A stretch of 64,000 nucleotides of DNA, taken from an uncultured bacterium (GTDB taxonomy: Bacteria > JAGOEH01). Of this stretch, positions 1 to 7,685 are shown piece by piece. The position numbers and the translations under genes were made by a program. Location of the stretch: contig CAZWDO010000008.1 in NCBI GenBank assembly GCA_964632485.1, forward strand, positions 1 through 64,000. Direction: 5' to 3'. The notes under the pieces are model-generated. The model worked only from the letters and a program-made list of their open reading frames with translations. It was not told where the DNA came from and did no database searches. Position 1 is the first letter of the stretch. Each line of letters begins with the position of its first letter.

Positions 1-227
1 CGGTGGTTTACCGTCTAAAAACAGCCGGCAAGGCGCGGGTGGAGATTTTTAATTCACTGGGGCAGGTCTTGTCGGTGCTGGACGACCAATACCGGGCCGC
101 CGGCGAATACCGTGTGGTCTGGAACGGCCATGACGCAACCGGACGCGCCATGCCCACGGGCGTCTATTTCTACCGTATCATCTGCGATACCGAAATTTTT
201 GTCCGTAAGATTTCTTTGGTAAAATAA
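1..227 (+). CDS. 3' end of a secreted protein: FlgD-Ig/T9SS-type C-terminal domain (5'-truncated by window edge)
   Basis: VEIFNSLGQ...WNGHDATG...PTGVYFYRI...RKISLVK is the typical FlgD-Ig/secretion CTD pattern; ends at TAA 225-227. Confidence 0.8.
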   Translation, partial: VVYRLKTAGKARVEIFNSLGQVLSVLDDQYRAAGEYRVVWNGHDATGRAMPTGVYFYRIICDTEIFVRKISLVK

Positions 228-242
228 TAGCCTTTTTTCCCA

Positions 243-363
243 CCCTCGCCCCCTTTGGGGGAGAGGTTTTTCAACTTTACCCTCACCCCCTTTGGGGGAG
301 AGGGCAGGGGGAGGGGGTACTCCAACTTTACCCTCGCCCCTTTGGGGAGAGGGCAGGGTGAGG
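243..363. repeat. Three tandem REP-like palindromic units, CCCTC(G/A)CCCC(C)TTTGGGG(G)AGAGG
   Basis: Units at about 243-266, 272-316 and 323-363; units 2 and 3 share the CAACTTTA prefix and a GGCAGGG(G/T)GAGG tail; each can fold into a hairpin. Confidence 0.85.
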
Positions 364-396
364 AGATTCTGGCAGGGGTCGGCGCGGAAAATTTGC

Positions 397-425
397 TTGA
401 CATTTTTATTAAAATTAATTAGATT
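397..425 (+). promoter_or_regulatory. Sigma70-type promoter upstream of the YkgJ-like gene
   Basis: TTGACA(397-402)-N17-TAGATT(420-425). Confidence 0.55.
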
Positions 426-485
426 TCAGGGGATGAAAAAATATATCCACTTTAAGATTAAGTTTAAATCAGTCAGCGGCTATTT

Positions 486-1013
486 ATGAGTCACTGGGAA
501 TTTATTAAACAGGATGCGTTGCGGGAATTTAAAAATGCCCGGAAATCATGGGACTATTATGAATTATTTTATCAGGGACTGAGTAGCCAGGCTAAAGAGT
601 ATTTGCAGTCTCAATCACGGGAATACAAACAATATCTGAATGAACTGCAGGCCATAGTCTTGCCTGTAGTGAGCGAGACCTGCCCGGTTTGCGCCACCCA
701 GTGCTGCCATTTGGTTACACCCGAATTGTCGATTTGGGTTGCCGGTTTGGTAGGTTGTTTCCGCATGGTGGATTACTTGTTGGCTCGCTGTGATACGGAA
801 TTTCCTGTACCAAAGTTGGAGAACGCGGAATCAAACCTTTGTCCGTTTTGGGATCAGGGATGTGTACTACCGATCGATAGCCGAAGCTGGCTTTGTATTC
901 AATTTTTTTGCGATCCCTTGAAAACAAGACTCGATATGCAAAAAGTCGATCCGCTATTAGAGAAAATTAATGCCATTATCATTAATTTTTCTTTACAAAA
1001 ATGTATGGTTTGA
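486..1013 (+). CDS. YkgJ/CxxCxxCC-like cysteine-cluster protein (putative Fe-S or Zn binding)
   Basis: CPVCATQCC motif followed by CPFWDQGCVL...RSWLCIQFFC, matching the CxxC..CC / CPFL..GC..RP..C..F.C layout of this family. Confidence 0.65.
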   Translation: MSHWEFIKQDALREFKNARKSWDYYELFYQGLSSQAKEYLQSQSREYKQYLNELQAIVLPVVSETCPVCATQCCHLVTPELSIWVAGLVGCFRMVDYLLARCDTEFPVPKLENAESNLCPFWDQGCVLPIDSRSWLCIQFFCDPLKTRLDMQKVDPLLEKINAIIINFSLQKCMV

Positions 1014-1056
1014 TTTAAAAAAAATTATTGAATTAGTATTTAGAAAAAATATGCCC

Positions 1057-1701
1057 TTAGGATCCGGAAATGCATTCGTCTTGTGGGTGAGCTCCATGGG
1101 CGCAATCACTTTTATCGTCGCGGGATGCTTCGTAACCATTGATGCAGTCCCCGGCGGCAAAATTGCCGTATTCGCAGAAACTGCCTTTCAATGAATCGGT
1201 ATTCTCATAGATTCCCGGTTCGCTGCTTTGTAACCACGTAGCCAGGGTTCCAGTACCGCAACTGCTTGCATTATATCCGCCATCACACTGGTTAAAGGCG
1301 TTGGCTCCGGTTCCACAATGGGGTCCGTTTGTGGCAAATCCTCCGTTACAAATATTTGCATAGTTTCCACCCTTGCAGTTGGCGCCAACACCGCCCGAGT
1401 TTGTACTAGAGCCTGTATTACATTCTGCCGTTCCTGGTCTGCTTCCGGTACCGCATTGCGGAACATCGCCCGTTTCGGCGTTATCCCCGGTGCTGCAATA
1501 ATTCCCACCAGCCTGATCCCCGGAAACGCAATCCCCGCTTGCATGATCACCCGAATTACATTGCAGCGCCGCAGCGTTGCCGGCGTTGCAACCCGCCGGA
1601 ACTGTGCCCGCGTTACAGCCGGGATAGGTGGAGCCTTGAGCATAGGCGGCAGTCAGCATCTCAAAGGATATAATTTCGGGGGACTGATATTGTTTTTTCA
1701 T
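1057..1701 (-). CDS. Cys-rich CxxG-repeat protein with YxxP leader (putative RiPP-like precursor A), 214 aa
   Basis: Leader MKKQYQSPEIISFEML; 16 Cys, all as CxxG; Gly/Ala/Asn/Ser-rich; no signal peptide; own promoter. Confidence 0.75.
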   Translation of the reverse strand: MKKQYQSPEIISFEMLTAAYAQGSTYPGCNAGTVPAGCNAGNAAALQCNSGDHASGDCVSGDQAGGNYCSTGDNAETGDVPQCGTGSRPGTAECNTGSSTNSGGVGANCKGGNYANICNGGFATNGPHCGTGANAFNQCDGGYNASSCGTGTLATWLQSSEPGIYENTDSLKGSFCEYGNFAAGDCINGYEASRDDKSDCAHGAHPQDECISGS

Positions 1702-1708
1702 ACTATTT

Positions 1709-1736
1709 AAGATAATACATTTTTTTTTTTTGTCAA
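1709..1736 (-). promoter_or_regulatory. Sigma70 promoter of precursor A (predicts leaderless mRNA)
   Basis: Minus strand TTGACA(1736-1731)-N16-TATCTT(1714-1709)-N7-ATG(1701); no SD. Confidence 0.65.
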
Positions 1737-1788
1737 TAGTTTTTTTAAAATTTGGAATTTTATTAATTGGCGGGATTATAAATTCCGC

Positions 1789-1816
1789 TTGACATTTTTT
1801 AAAACTATTCTATATT
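1789..1816 (+). promoter_or_regulatory. Sigma70 promoter of HprK-like gene 1, divergent from precursor A (predicts leaderless mRNA)
   Basis: TTGACA(1789-1794)-N16-TATATT(1811-1816)-N6-ATG(1823). Confidence 0.65.
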
Positions 1817-1822
1817 CAATCA

Positions 1823-2800
1823 ATGCGGCCAATGGTTTACTTCAGGATACATCATTATTTTTTCCGGTTTTTCTATCCCGAACAAACCTTTTTGCGAATC
1901 AAGAACCAGCAAATCTACGATTTTTTAACCCCTGATCAGCCGATAGGACAAAGCTCACTCGAGTCCATTGATATCGATATTCATATCCATATCGTGGAAG
2001 GTTTATGGAATGAGAACCTTTTTCCGTATGGATTCGAGATTTATCCAGCCATCAGTCATCCGGACGGGTCTCTCCCTTTGGAGAAAATTTTAACATCGTC
2101 CGATGTTTTATTTCATCTGTCTGCAATCGATATTCATACCCCTTTAGATAAAAAGGTTATTGTTTACCAATACCAGAATCATGTTTTGTTTCTCAATACT
2201 CAGACGCAGAAAGGGGTCTTGTTTATATTATCCAAAAACAAGCGCTATGTGCGTATCCATGATAATATATTTTATATATTGGTCAGCTATCTGTTTTTAA
2301 TCAATGATGGCATCGTGTTTCACGGAGTTGGCTTTTCACACCGGCAAAACGGTTATATCTTCCTGGGTTCTTCCGGATCCGGCAAGAGCACACTCCAGCA
2401 GATGAATTCCGGTAAAACGTGTTATGCCGATGATGGCGTTGTTATTGCCCGTCGGTGTAATGCCTATGGGTTATTGCCCAATCCCTTTTACCAGTTTCCG
2501 TATCAGCCCGATCATTCCAGATTAAAAGAAGCCCAACTCAGGGCGATATTTTTCATTAACCAATCCCCGGATACTTATATCACCCCGTTTGAAGATAGAA
2601 TGCGGGTGTTGCCGATGCTATTGATGCAGTTTCAACAGTTTTATCCCTTTTTTAAAGGGGCATTACGCCTTCGGGCGATCGATTTTACTCAGGAAATGCT
2701 CAGGCATATCCCTTGTTATCATCTATATTTTTCTAAACAAGACGCGGATATATTCCAGCTAATCGATCAATTGAATTTAGAAACTAATGATGTGGGATGA
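1823..2800 (+). CDS. HPr-kinase-related P-loop protein 1 (ScmC-like)
   Basis: IVFHGVGF...IFLGSSGSGKSTL (Walker A)...YADDGVVI acidic motif; typical H-x(n)-GxSGxGKST-x(n)-DD layout. Confidence 0.75.
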   Translation: MRPMVYFRIHHYFFRFFYPEQTFLRIKNQQIYDFLTPDQPIGQSSLESIDIDIHIHIVEGLWNENLFPYGFEIYPAISHPDGSLPLEKILTSSDVLFHLSAIDIHTPLDKKVIVYQYQNHVLFLNTQTQKGVLFILSKNKRYVRIHDNIFYILVSYLFLINDGIVFHGVGFSHRQNGYIFLGSSGSGKSTLQQMNSGKTCYADDGVVIARRCNAYGLLPNPFYQFPYQPDHSRLKEAQLRAIFFINQSPDTYITPFEDRMRVLPMLLMQFQQFYPFFKGALRLRAIDFTQEMLRHIPCYHLYFSKQDADIFQLIDQLNLETNDVG

Positions 2801-3030
2801 ATGCAGTCGGTGTTAAGGTTCAGTACTTAAGTAAATAATCCCGGTAATCGGTAAAATTTCAAATGAACCCTGAAAATTTCGAATAATAAATGCCATGAAC
2901 CTAGAAAAATGCCAGTCAGGATAATCAGTGAAACCTTTATAGGGAGATGCCATGACTGAACAGAATGTCTTATCTTTTTAATTGATAATGAATTGCTAAT
3001 GTGTACCATTGGTAAATATAATTTTTAAGA

Positions 3031-3936
3031 TCACAAGTTAGTGTTATTAAATTGGGCGAATAGATTTTGCTCCTGGGGATTGATGATAGCTGTATAGTAT
3101 TGCGCCTGTTTTGCCATCCTGATTAATAACTCCATCGTTGCTAAATAAATAGGGGGATTCATCAAACTAAAAAAAAATACATGGGTGATTAATTTTTCTA
3201 ATATTTGATGAGGTAACATATCCAGTTTAACCAACTGAGTAGTTGTTCCCTTTTCCAGAAAGCAGACGGCTTCAACCGGGACTGGACTTTTCGATGGGAT
3301 ATCCGCCTGGAATTGAAATTGATAAAATGGATTGGGAATGAGCCAGAATCGGTCGTTCCAATATTTAAGCAGAATTGATTCATCGGTATATGGATTTTGT
3401 AAAGGATAGGTATTGACGAGAGTGGATTTACCGATACCCGATTGCCCGAGAAAAAGTAAGCCTTTCTTTTCGGGGGCAAAAGCGGCGCCGTGCAGGAAAA
3501 TGGCCTGATTTAAGGGAGCGCTCATGGCGCAATGAAAAAATAAACTGTTGCTGTCCAAATAAATCCCATTGTTGGAAGTAATCGCATGGTAAAATCCAAT
3601 TTTGTTTTTGGGAGATATAAAATTGTCGAAGCGGCCTTTTTGAATATTTCGATGCAGATAGTGAATAGTATCCTGAAAAGCAACTGATTTGTGAGCCTTT
3701 GCGCTGAGTTGGGAAAAGAGTAATGGCGGAAATTTTTTCGATTGTTCGAGATTGGTCCCGAGAGCTTCTTTAACTGATGCATGAGCGTAGCAATTGAGTT
3801 CAAGCGCATTTGAAAAACGATTGGACATGGTATGATGAATAAACGGGCGTATTTTAGGGGGGATCAGTAATTTTTGGTCAGTGAAAACCGTGAGTTTTAA
3901 CTGCAGATCATAGAGCCGGAAATAAAGATCAGTCAT
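3031..3936 (-). CDS. HPr-kinase-related P-loop protein 2 (ScmC-like), paralog of 1823-2800
   Basis: IFLHGAAF...LFLGQSGIGKSTL...YTDESILL; shares PNPFYQF with protein 1; starts 14 bp after the precursor B stop. Confidence 0.75.
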   Translation of the reverse strand: MTDLYFRLYDLQLKLTVFTDQKLLIPPKIRPFIHHTMSNRFSNALELNCYAHASVKEALGTNLEQSKKFPPLLFSQLSAKAHKSVAFQDTIHYLHRNIQKGRFDNFISPKNKIGFYHAITSNNGIYLDSNSLFFHCAMSAPLNQAIFLHGAAFAPEKKGLLFLGQSGIGKSTLVNTYPLQNPYTDESILLKYWNDRFWLIPNPFYQFQFQADIPSKSPVPVEAVCFLEKGTTTQLVKLDMLPHQILEKLITHVFFFSLMNPPIYLATMELLIRMAKQAQYYTAIINPQEQNLFAQFNNTNL

Positions 3937-3950
3937 GAGGAGTGGAAAAA

Positions 3951-5084
3951 TTAATCAGCGAAACTGCCGTAACTGCAATTAGATCGCGGTGAGCTGCCAG
4001 TTTGACAGGGGAATGAGGTGGGCATAGGACCCAGGGAACAACCCCCTATGGGATTGCTGCCCAATTCGCAATAGTTTATGCCAGCTTGTCCGCCGGATTG
4101 ACATAGATTAGGGTCGATGGTAATGGTATTGCCGGGATAAGGATCGAAGAGCGGGTGGCTGCCTTGCTCGCATAAATCGCTTTGTGTCGGGGCGGGGATA
4201 ACCTGATTGGTAGCGCTGCCGACACTGCACGAACCCGCTGCAGTACTGCCTGAGCCGCATTGCCAGCCTTTAGCGGCAGTTCCGCTTTGGCAGGCGTTAG
4301 CGGCATAGCTGCCCGTTCCCTGGCAGGCGCCTACGCTGGCATTGCCCCCTGGTTGACACTGACCGGCGGCAGTATATCCTTGGAGACACTGAGAACCGGT
4401 CGCAATATTCCCATATTGGCATTGGCCGCCGGCTTCGCCGCCCGAAAGACACTGGTTGGCGCCAACCGCGGCATCATATCCGGTTTGGCATTGACCCTCG
4501 GCGTTGCCTCCGCTTAAACAATGATTGTTGCTGGCATTTTCGCCATGCTGGCACTGGCCGTTGCTGGCCTGATTCCCATATATACATTGGCCAACTGCGT
4601 TGTATCCATGATCGCAATATGAACTCGGATCAGCGCCAATCGCACATATCCCTGAACCGACGTTGTTATTGCCATTGTGGCACCACCCGGGCCCGCTGGT
4701 GTTGTTATTGCCATTAGAACAACCATTGTTGCCGGTATTGTTGTTTCCATTGCTGCAACTTCCCGTAGTCGCGCTGTTCCCATTGGAACATATTGCGATA
4801 GTCATCGGCGCATCGCCGATAGAACAATCGAGTTCCGGCACCGCCCCGCTTTGACAGTTGCTGTTGACATCTGCCGCTCCGGTCACACAATCCGGATCAA
4901 CGGTGCCCGTAAAGCACCCGTCTTCCGCGGTCGTACCATTAGTGCATTGCATGGTGGCGACTGCTCCAATCGCGCAAGTCGCTGCAATGTTGCCATTGGT
5001 ACAATCGCCCAAGGTCTGGCCCAGGGTCTGGTTACTCAATATATTAAAATCGAAGATTTCCGGATTAACGTATTTTTTCTTCAT
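3951..5084 (-). CDS. Cys-rich CxxG-repeat protein with YxxP leader (putative RiPP-like precursor B), 377 aa
   Basis: Start moved to ATG 5084 (MKKKYVNPEIFDFNIL) because the ORF-track TTG start is the -35 box; 31 Cys, 30 as CxxG; no signal peptide. Confidence 0.8.
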   Translation of the reverse strand: MKKKYVNPEIFDFNILSNQTLGQTLGDCTNGNIAATCAIGAVATMQCTNGTTAEDGCFTGTVDPDCVTGAADVNSNCQSGAVPELDCSIGDAPMTIAICSNGNSATTGSCSNGNNNTGNNGCSNGNNNTSGPGWCHNGNNNVGSGICAIGADPSSYCDHGYNAVGQCIYGNQASNGQCQHGENASNNHCLSGGNAEGQCQTGYDAAVGANQCLSGGEAGGQCQYGNIATGSQCLQGYTAAGQCQPGGNASVGACQGTGSYAANACQSGTAAKGWQCGSGSTAAGSCSVGSATNQVIPAPTQSDLCEQGSHPLFDPYPGNTITIDPNLCQSGGQAGINYCELGSNPIGGCSLGPMPTSFPCQTGSSPRSNCSYGSFAD

Positions 5085-5091
5085 GATGACT

Positions 5092-5120
5092 ATTATATAT
5101 TTTTTTCTAGTAAATGTCAA
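5092..5120 (-). promoter_or_regulatory. Perfect-consensus sigma70 promoter of precursor B (predicts leaderless mRNA)
   Basis: Minus strand TTGACA(5120-5115)-N17-TATAAT(5097-5092)-N7-ATG(5084). Confidence 0.8.
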
Positions 5121-5134
5121 GTACTAATTTAAAA

Positions 5135-5166
5135 AAAAGGCGGAGATAAATTTGTCTCCGCCTTTA
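5135..5166 (-). terminator. Intrinsic terminator after the 5190-5723 gene; separates it from the precursor B promoter
   Basis: AAAAGGCGGAGATAAA-TTTGTCTCCGCCTTTT hairpin; the A8 run at 5131-5138 gives the U-tract on the minus strand. Confidence 0.8.
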
Positions 5167-5189
5167 TTGACACGCCCAAAAAAGAAAAA

Positions 5190-5723
5190 TTAGCGCTCTT
5201 CTTCTTCCTGCTCTTCTTCGGTGTAGGGTTGGAGACTTTTGACAATCTTCATCAAGTCGTTAACCCATTTTTTAAATTCTTTAGGATTGGCAATAGTAAC
5301 GGCAGTCAGCACTTGCGCGTTCGGAGTGATCACCAGGTCAATGGAGACTTCGAGTTTACCTTTTTCCGCGGTACCCGACAATGTGACCATTGGCATCCCA
5401 TTGATCTCTGTTTCGGAGACATCTTCACTGAACTCAAGGTCATTGAGGGATTCTTCTAAATCTTTTTGTACTTTTAGAATGGCTTTTTCCACATCATCGG
5501 CGTCAATCACGAAGAAAACCATGGCAATGTGATCACCGGGCGATGAAACGACCAGAGTATCGCCTTCAGTGGCATTGGGAACTCCGTCGAGGGTTTGAGA
5601 CCAACCTTCCGGGATGTCGAACTGAACTTGCGCGGAGGACCAGATGTAGGTTTCGGCCTGAGCAAACGAAACGAGGAAAAACATACAGAATAATGCGGCA
5701 CACAACACTCGGCTTAGTTTCAT
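5190..5723 (-). CDS. Secreted hypothetical protein (possibly a PsbP/DcrB-like fold)
   Basis: SD AGGAG before ATG 5723; signal peptide ending AQA; FDIPEGW motif; acidic tail. Confidence 0.65.
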   Translation of the reverse strand: MKLSRVLCAALFCMFFLVSFAQAETYIWSSAQVQFDIPEGWSQTLDGVPNATEGDTLVVSSPGDHIAMVFFVIDADDVEKAILKVQKDLEESLNDLEFSEDVSETEINGMPMVTLSGTAEKGKLEVSIDLVITPNAQVLTAVTIANPKEFKKWVNDLMKIVKSLQPYTEEEQEEEER

Positions 5724-6107
5724 GCTTGAAACTCCTGTTAGATTGTTTTTTTTTTGCGCCATACATAACGCTCTAAATATATCATAAACAATTCTGTTTG
5801 TCAAGTTCATTTTTAAATAGGAGCGGGTTAAAAATTTATCGGAACCCGTATATTTTATCTCATACCTCTAGTTACAGAGAGCGGACGCGCCGTCATGATA
5901 GAAATTCCTTTAACCTTGGTTTTTCTTCCCGCCGGGAATAGTCAAAGCAGTCAATAGGTGCTTTTGAGGTATTTTCAACGGGCTTGCGGGGGATGGGTAG
6001 AAGCCGATTTTTAAAAAATGGTTCTTAAGACCCGGTTTTTTTATTGCTTTTAATGCCTTTTTTTTGTATATTCTATCATCAAATCTTAACTGAAGCGAGG
6101 TAAAGTC

Positions 6108-7685
6108 ATGAATTTTTATAGTCGGATCAGCGTTTTAATGCTTCTTGCGGTATTTGGATTGAATACCGGGTGTTTTTCGACTAAACGAAGCGCTATCGAG
6201 GAGAATTCGCCGAACCAACCGGCGGCGCGCCGCGAATTCCGCGCGGCTTGGGTCGCCACGGTGGATAATATCGATTGGCCCAGTAAAAAAGGGCTCACAA
6301 CGGCCGAACAGCAAGCGGAAATTTTAGCTATTCTCGATACCGCTGCCGCATTGAAGCTGAACGCGATTGTTTTTCAGGCGCGGCCTCAGTGCGATGCTTT
6401 TTATAAAAGCGATCTGGAACCCTGGTCCTATTTTTTGACCGGAAAACAGGGAGAAGCCCCGGAACCCTATTATGATCCGCTGCAATTCTGGATAACGGAG
6501 GCGCATAAGCGAGGATTGGAACTTCACGCCTGGTTCAATCCCTACCGCGCGCATCATCCGCAGGGCGGCGAACTCAGTTCCCATTCCATTGTTAAACAAA
6601 AACCAGAATTGGCGCGCGAACTCAATGATGGATATTATTGGTTGGAACCGGCGGATCCCCGCACCCGGGAACATTCGTTGGCGGTTATTTTGGATGTAGT
6701 TCGGCGCTATGATGTTGACGGCGTTCATTTAGACGATTATTTTTATCCGTATCCGGATTACCATAACGGCCGAGATTTTCCCGATGATGCGAATTGGCAG
6801 AAATATCAGCAGGGGGGTGGCAAACTCTCCCGCGGAGATTGGCGTCGCGACCAAGTCAACTGTTTTGTAGAGGAACTCTATCGCCGGGTAAAAAATGAAA
6901 AGAAATTTGTCAAGGTCGGGATCAGTCCCTTTGGTATCTGGCGCCCCGGATATCCGGATGGTGTCGAGGGCTTTGACCAGTACAACCAGCTTTACGCCGA
7001 TGCGCGGTTATGGCTGAATCAGGGATGGATCGATTATTTTACCCCGCAAATCTATTGGCGCATCGACCAGTTTCAGCGAAGTTTTCCGGTGATTCTGAGC
7101 TGGTGGCATCGGGAAAATCAGCAAAAGCGTCATCTCTGGCCCGGATTGGCGATTTTCAATATGCGCGATAGCAGCGGTGTTCAGGAAAATATCAACCAGA
7201 TCATGGTGACGCGCGGAATTGAAGCTGAATCGGCGGGCGAAATCCTTTTTAGTATGAAACAGTTGCTCCAGAACCGGTTTGGAATCACCAGCGCTTTGCA
7301 GGCCGGCCCCTATCGCGATGATGCGTTGGTTCCCCCCAGCCCATGGCTGGACCAGCAGGCGCCGGCCATGCCGGTCGTTTCGCTCAATCGATTGGAAGAT
7401 AAACTGAAAATTCGCTGGTCCCCGGCATCCGACAATAGCGTGTTCCGGTGGGTGATCTATTACCATTACAACCATACCTGGCGGTATGAAATTTTAAATG
7501 GTGGGATGAGGGAATATACCCTGGAAGCGCAATACCCATTAGCGCGCCGTCAACGTAACAATGGCCTGGAGGCCGATAGTTCCAGCATCGAAATGCGGCC
7601 GGTGACCCAAATCGCCGTGTCCGCCGTCAGCCGTACCGGAGTCGAAAGCCCCCGGCGGATTTTATATCCCGCCCGTAACGAATGA
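6108..7685 (+). CDS. GHL10/YddW-like glycoside hydrolase lipoprotein
   Basis: Lipobox-like LNTGC; REFRAAWVATVDNIDWPS, LHAWFNPYR, YDVDGVHLDDYFYPY, DYFTPQIYW; FN3-like C-terminus. Confidence 0.9.
   Translation: MNFYSRISVLMLLAVFGLNTGCFSTKRSAIEENSPNQPAARREFRAAWVATVDNIDWPSKKGLTTAEQQAEILAILDTAAALKLNAIVFQARPQCDAFYKSDLEPWSYFLTGKQGEAPEPYYDPLQFWITEAHKRGLELHAWFNPYRAHHPQGGELSSHSIVKQKPELARELNDGYYWLEPADPRTREHSLAVILDVVRRYDVDGVHLDDYFYPYPDYHNGRDFPDDANWQKYQQGGGKLSRGDWRRDQVNCFVEELYRRVKNEKKFVKVGISPFGIWRPGYPDGVEGFDQYNQLYADARLWLNQGWIDYFTPQIYWRIDQFQRSFPVILSWWHRENQQKRHLWPGLAIFNMRDSSGVQENINQIMVTRGIEAESAGEILFSMKQLLQNRFGITSALQAGPYRDDALVPPSPWLDQQAPAMPVVSLNRLEDKLKIRWSPASDNSVFRWVIYYHYNHTWRYEILNGGMREYTLEAQYPLARRQRNNGLEADSSSIEMRPVTQIAVSAVSRTGVESPRRILYPARNE

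Noticed and set aside
243-363. CRISPR array
   Set aside because: Units are unequal and nearly abutting, with no spacer-length unique sequences.
2827-3009. 60-aa ORF between the kinases as a PqqD/RRE
   Set aside because: Too short, no PqqD-like pattern and no SD; coding status unsupported.
1057-5084. Lasso peptide cluster
   Set aside because: The YxxP leader, TLG motif and kinases are suggestive, but there is no lasso cyclase or B-protein and the cores are hundreds of residues long.
5085-5120. N-terminal extension of precursor B from TTG 5120
   Set aside because: That TTG is the -35 box; ATG 5084 aligns with the start of precursor A.
1188-5132. Overlapping alternative-frame and antisense ORFs in the precursor genes (and similar ones across the window)
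   Set aside because: They are shadows of stop-poor coding sequence with no motifs or translation signals.
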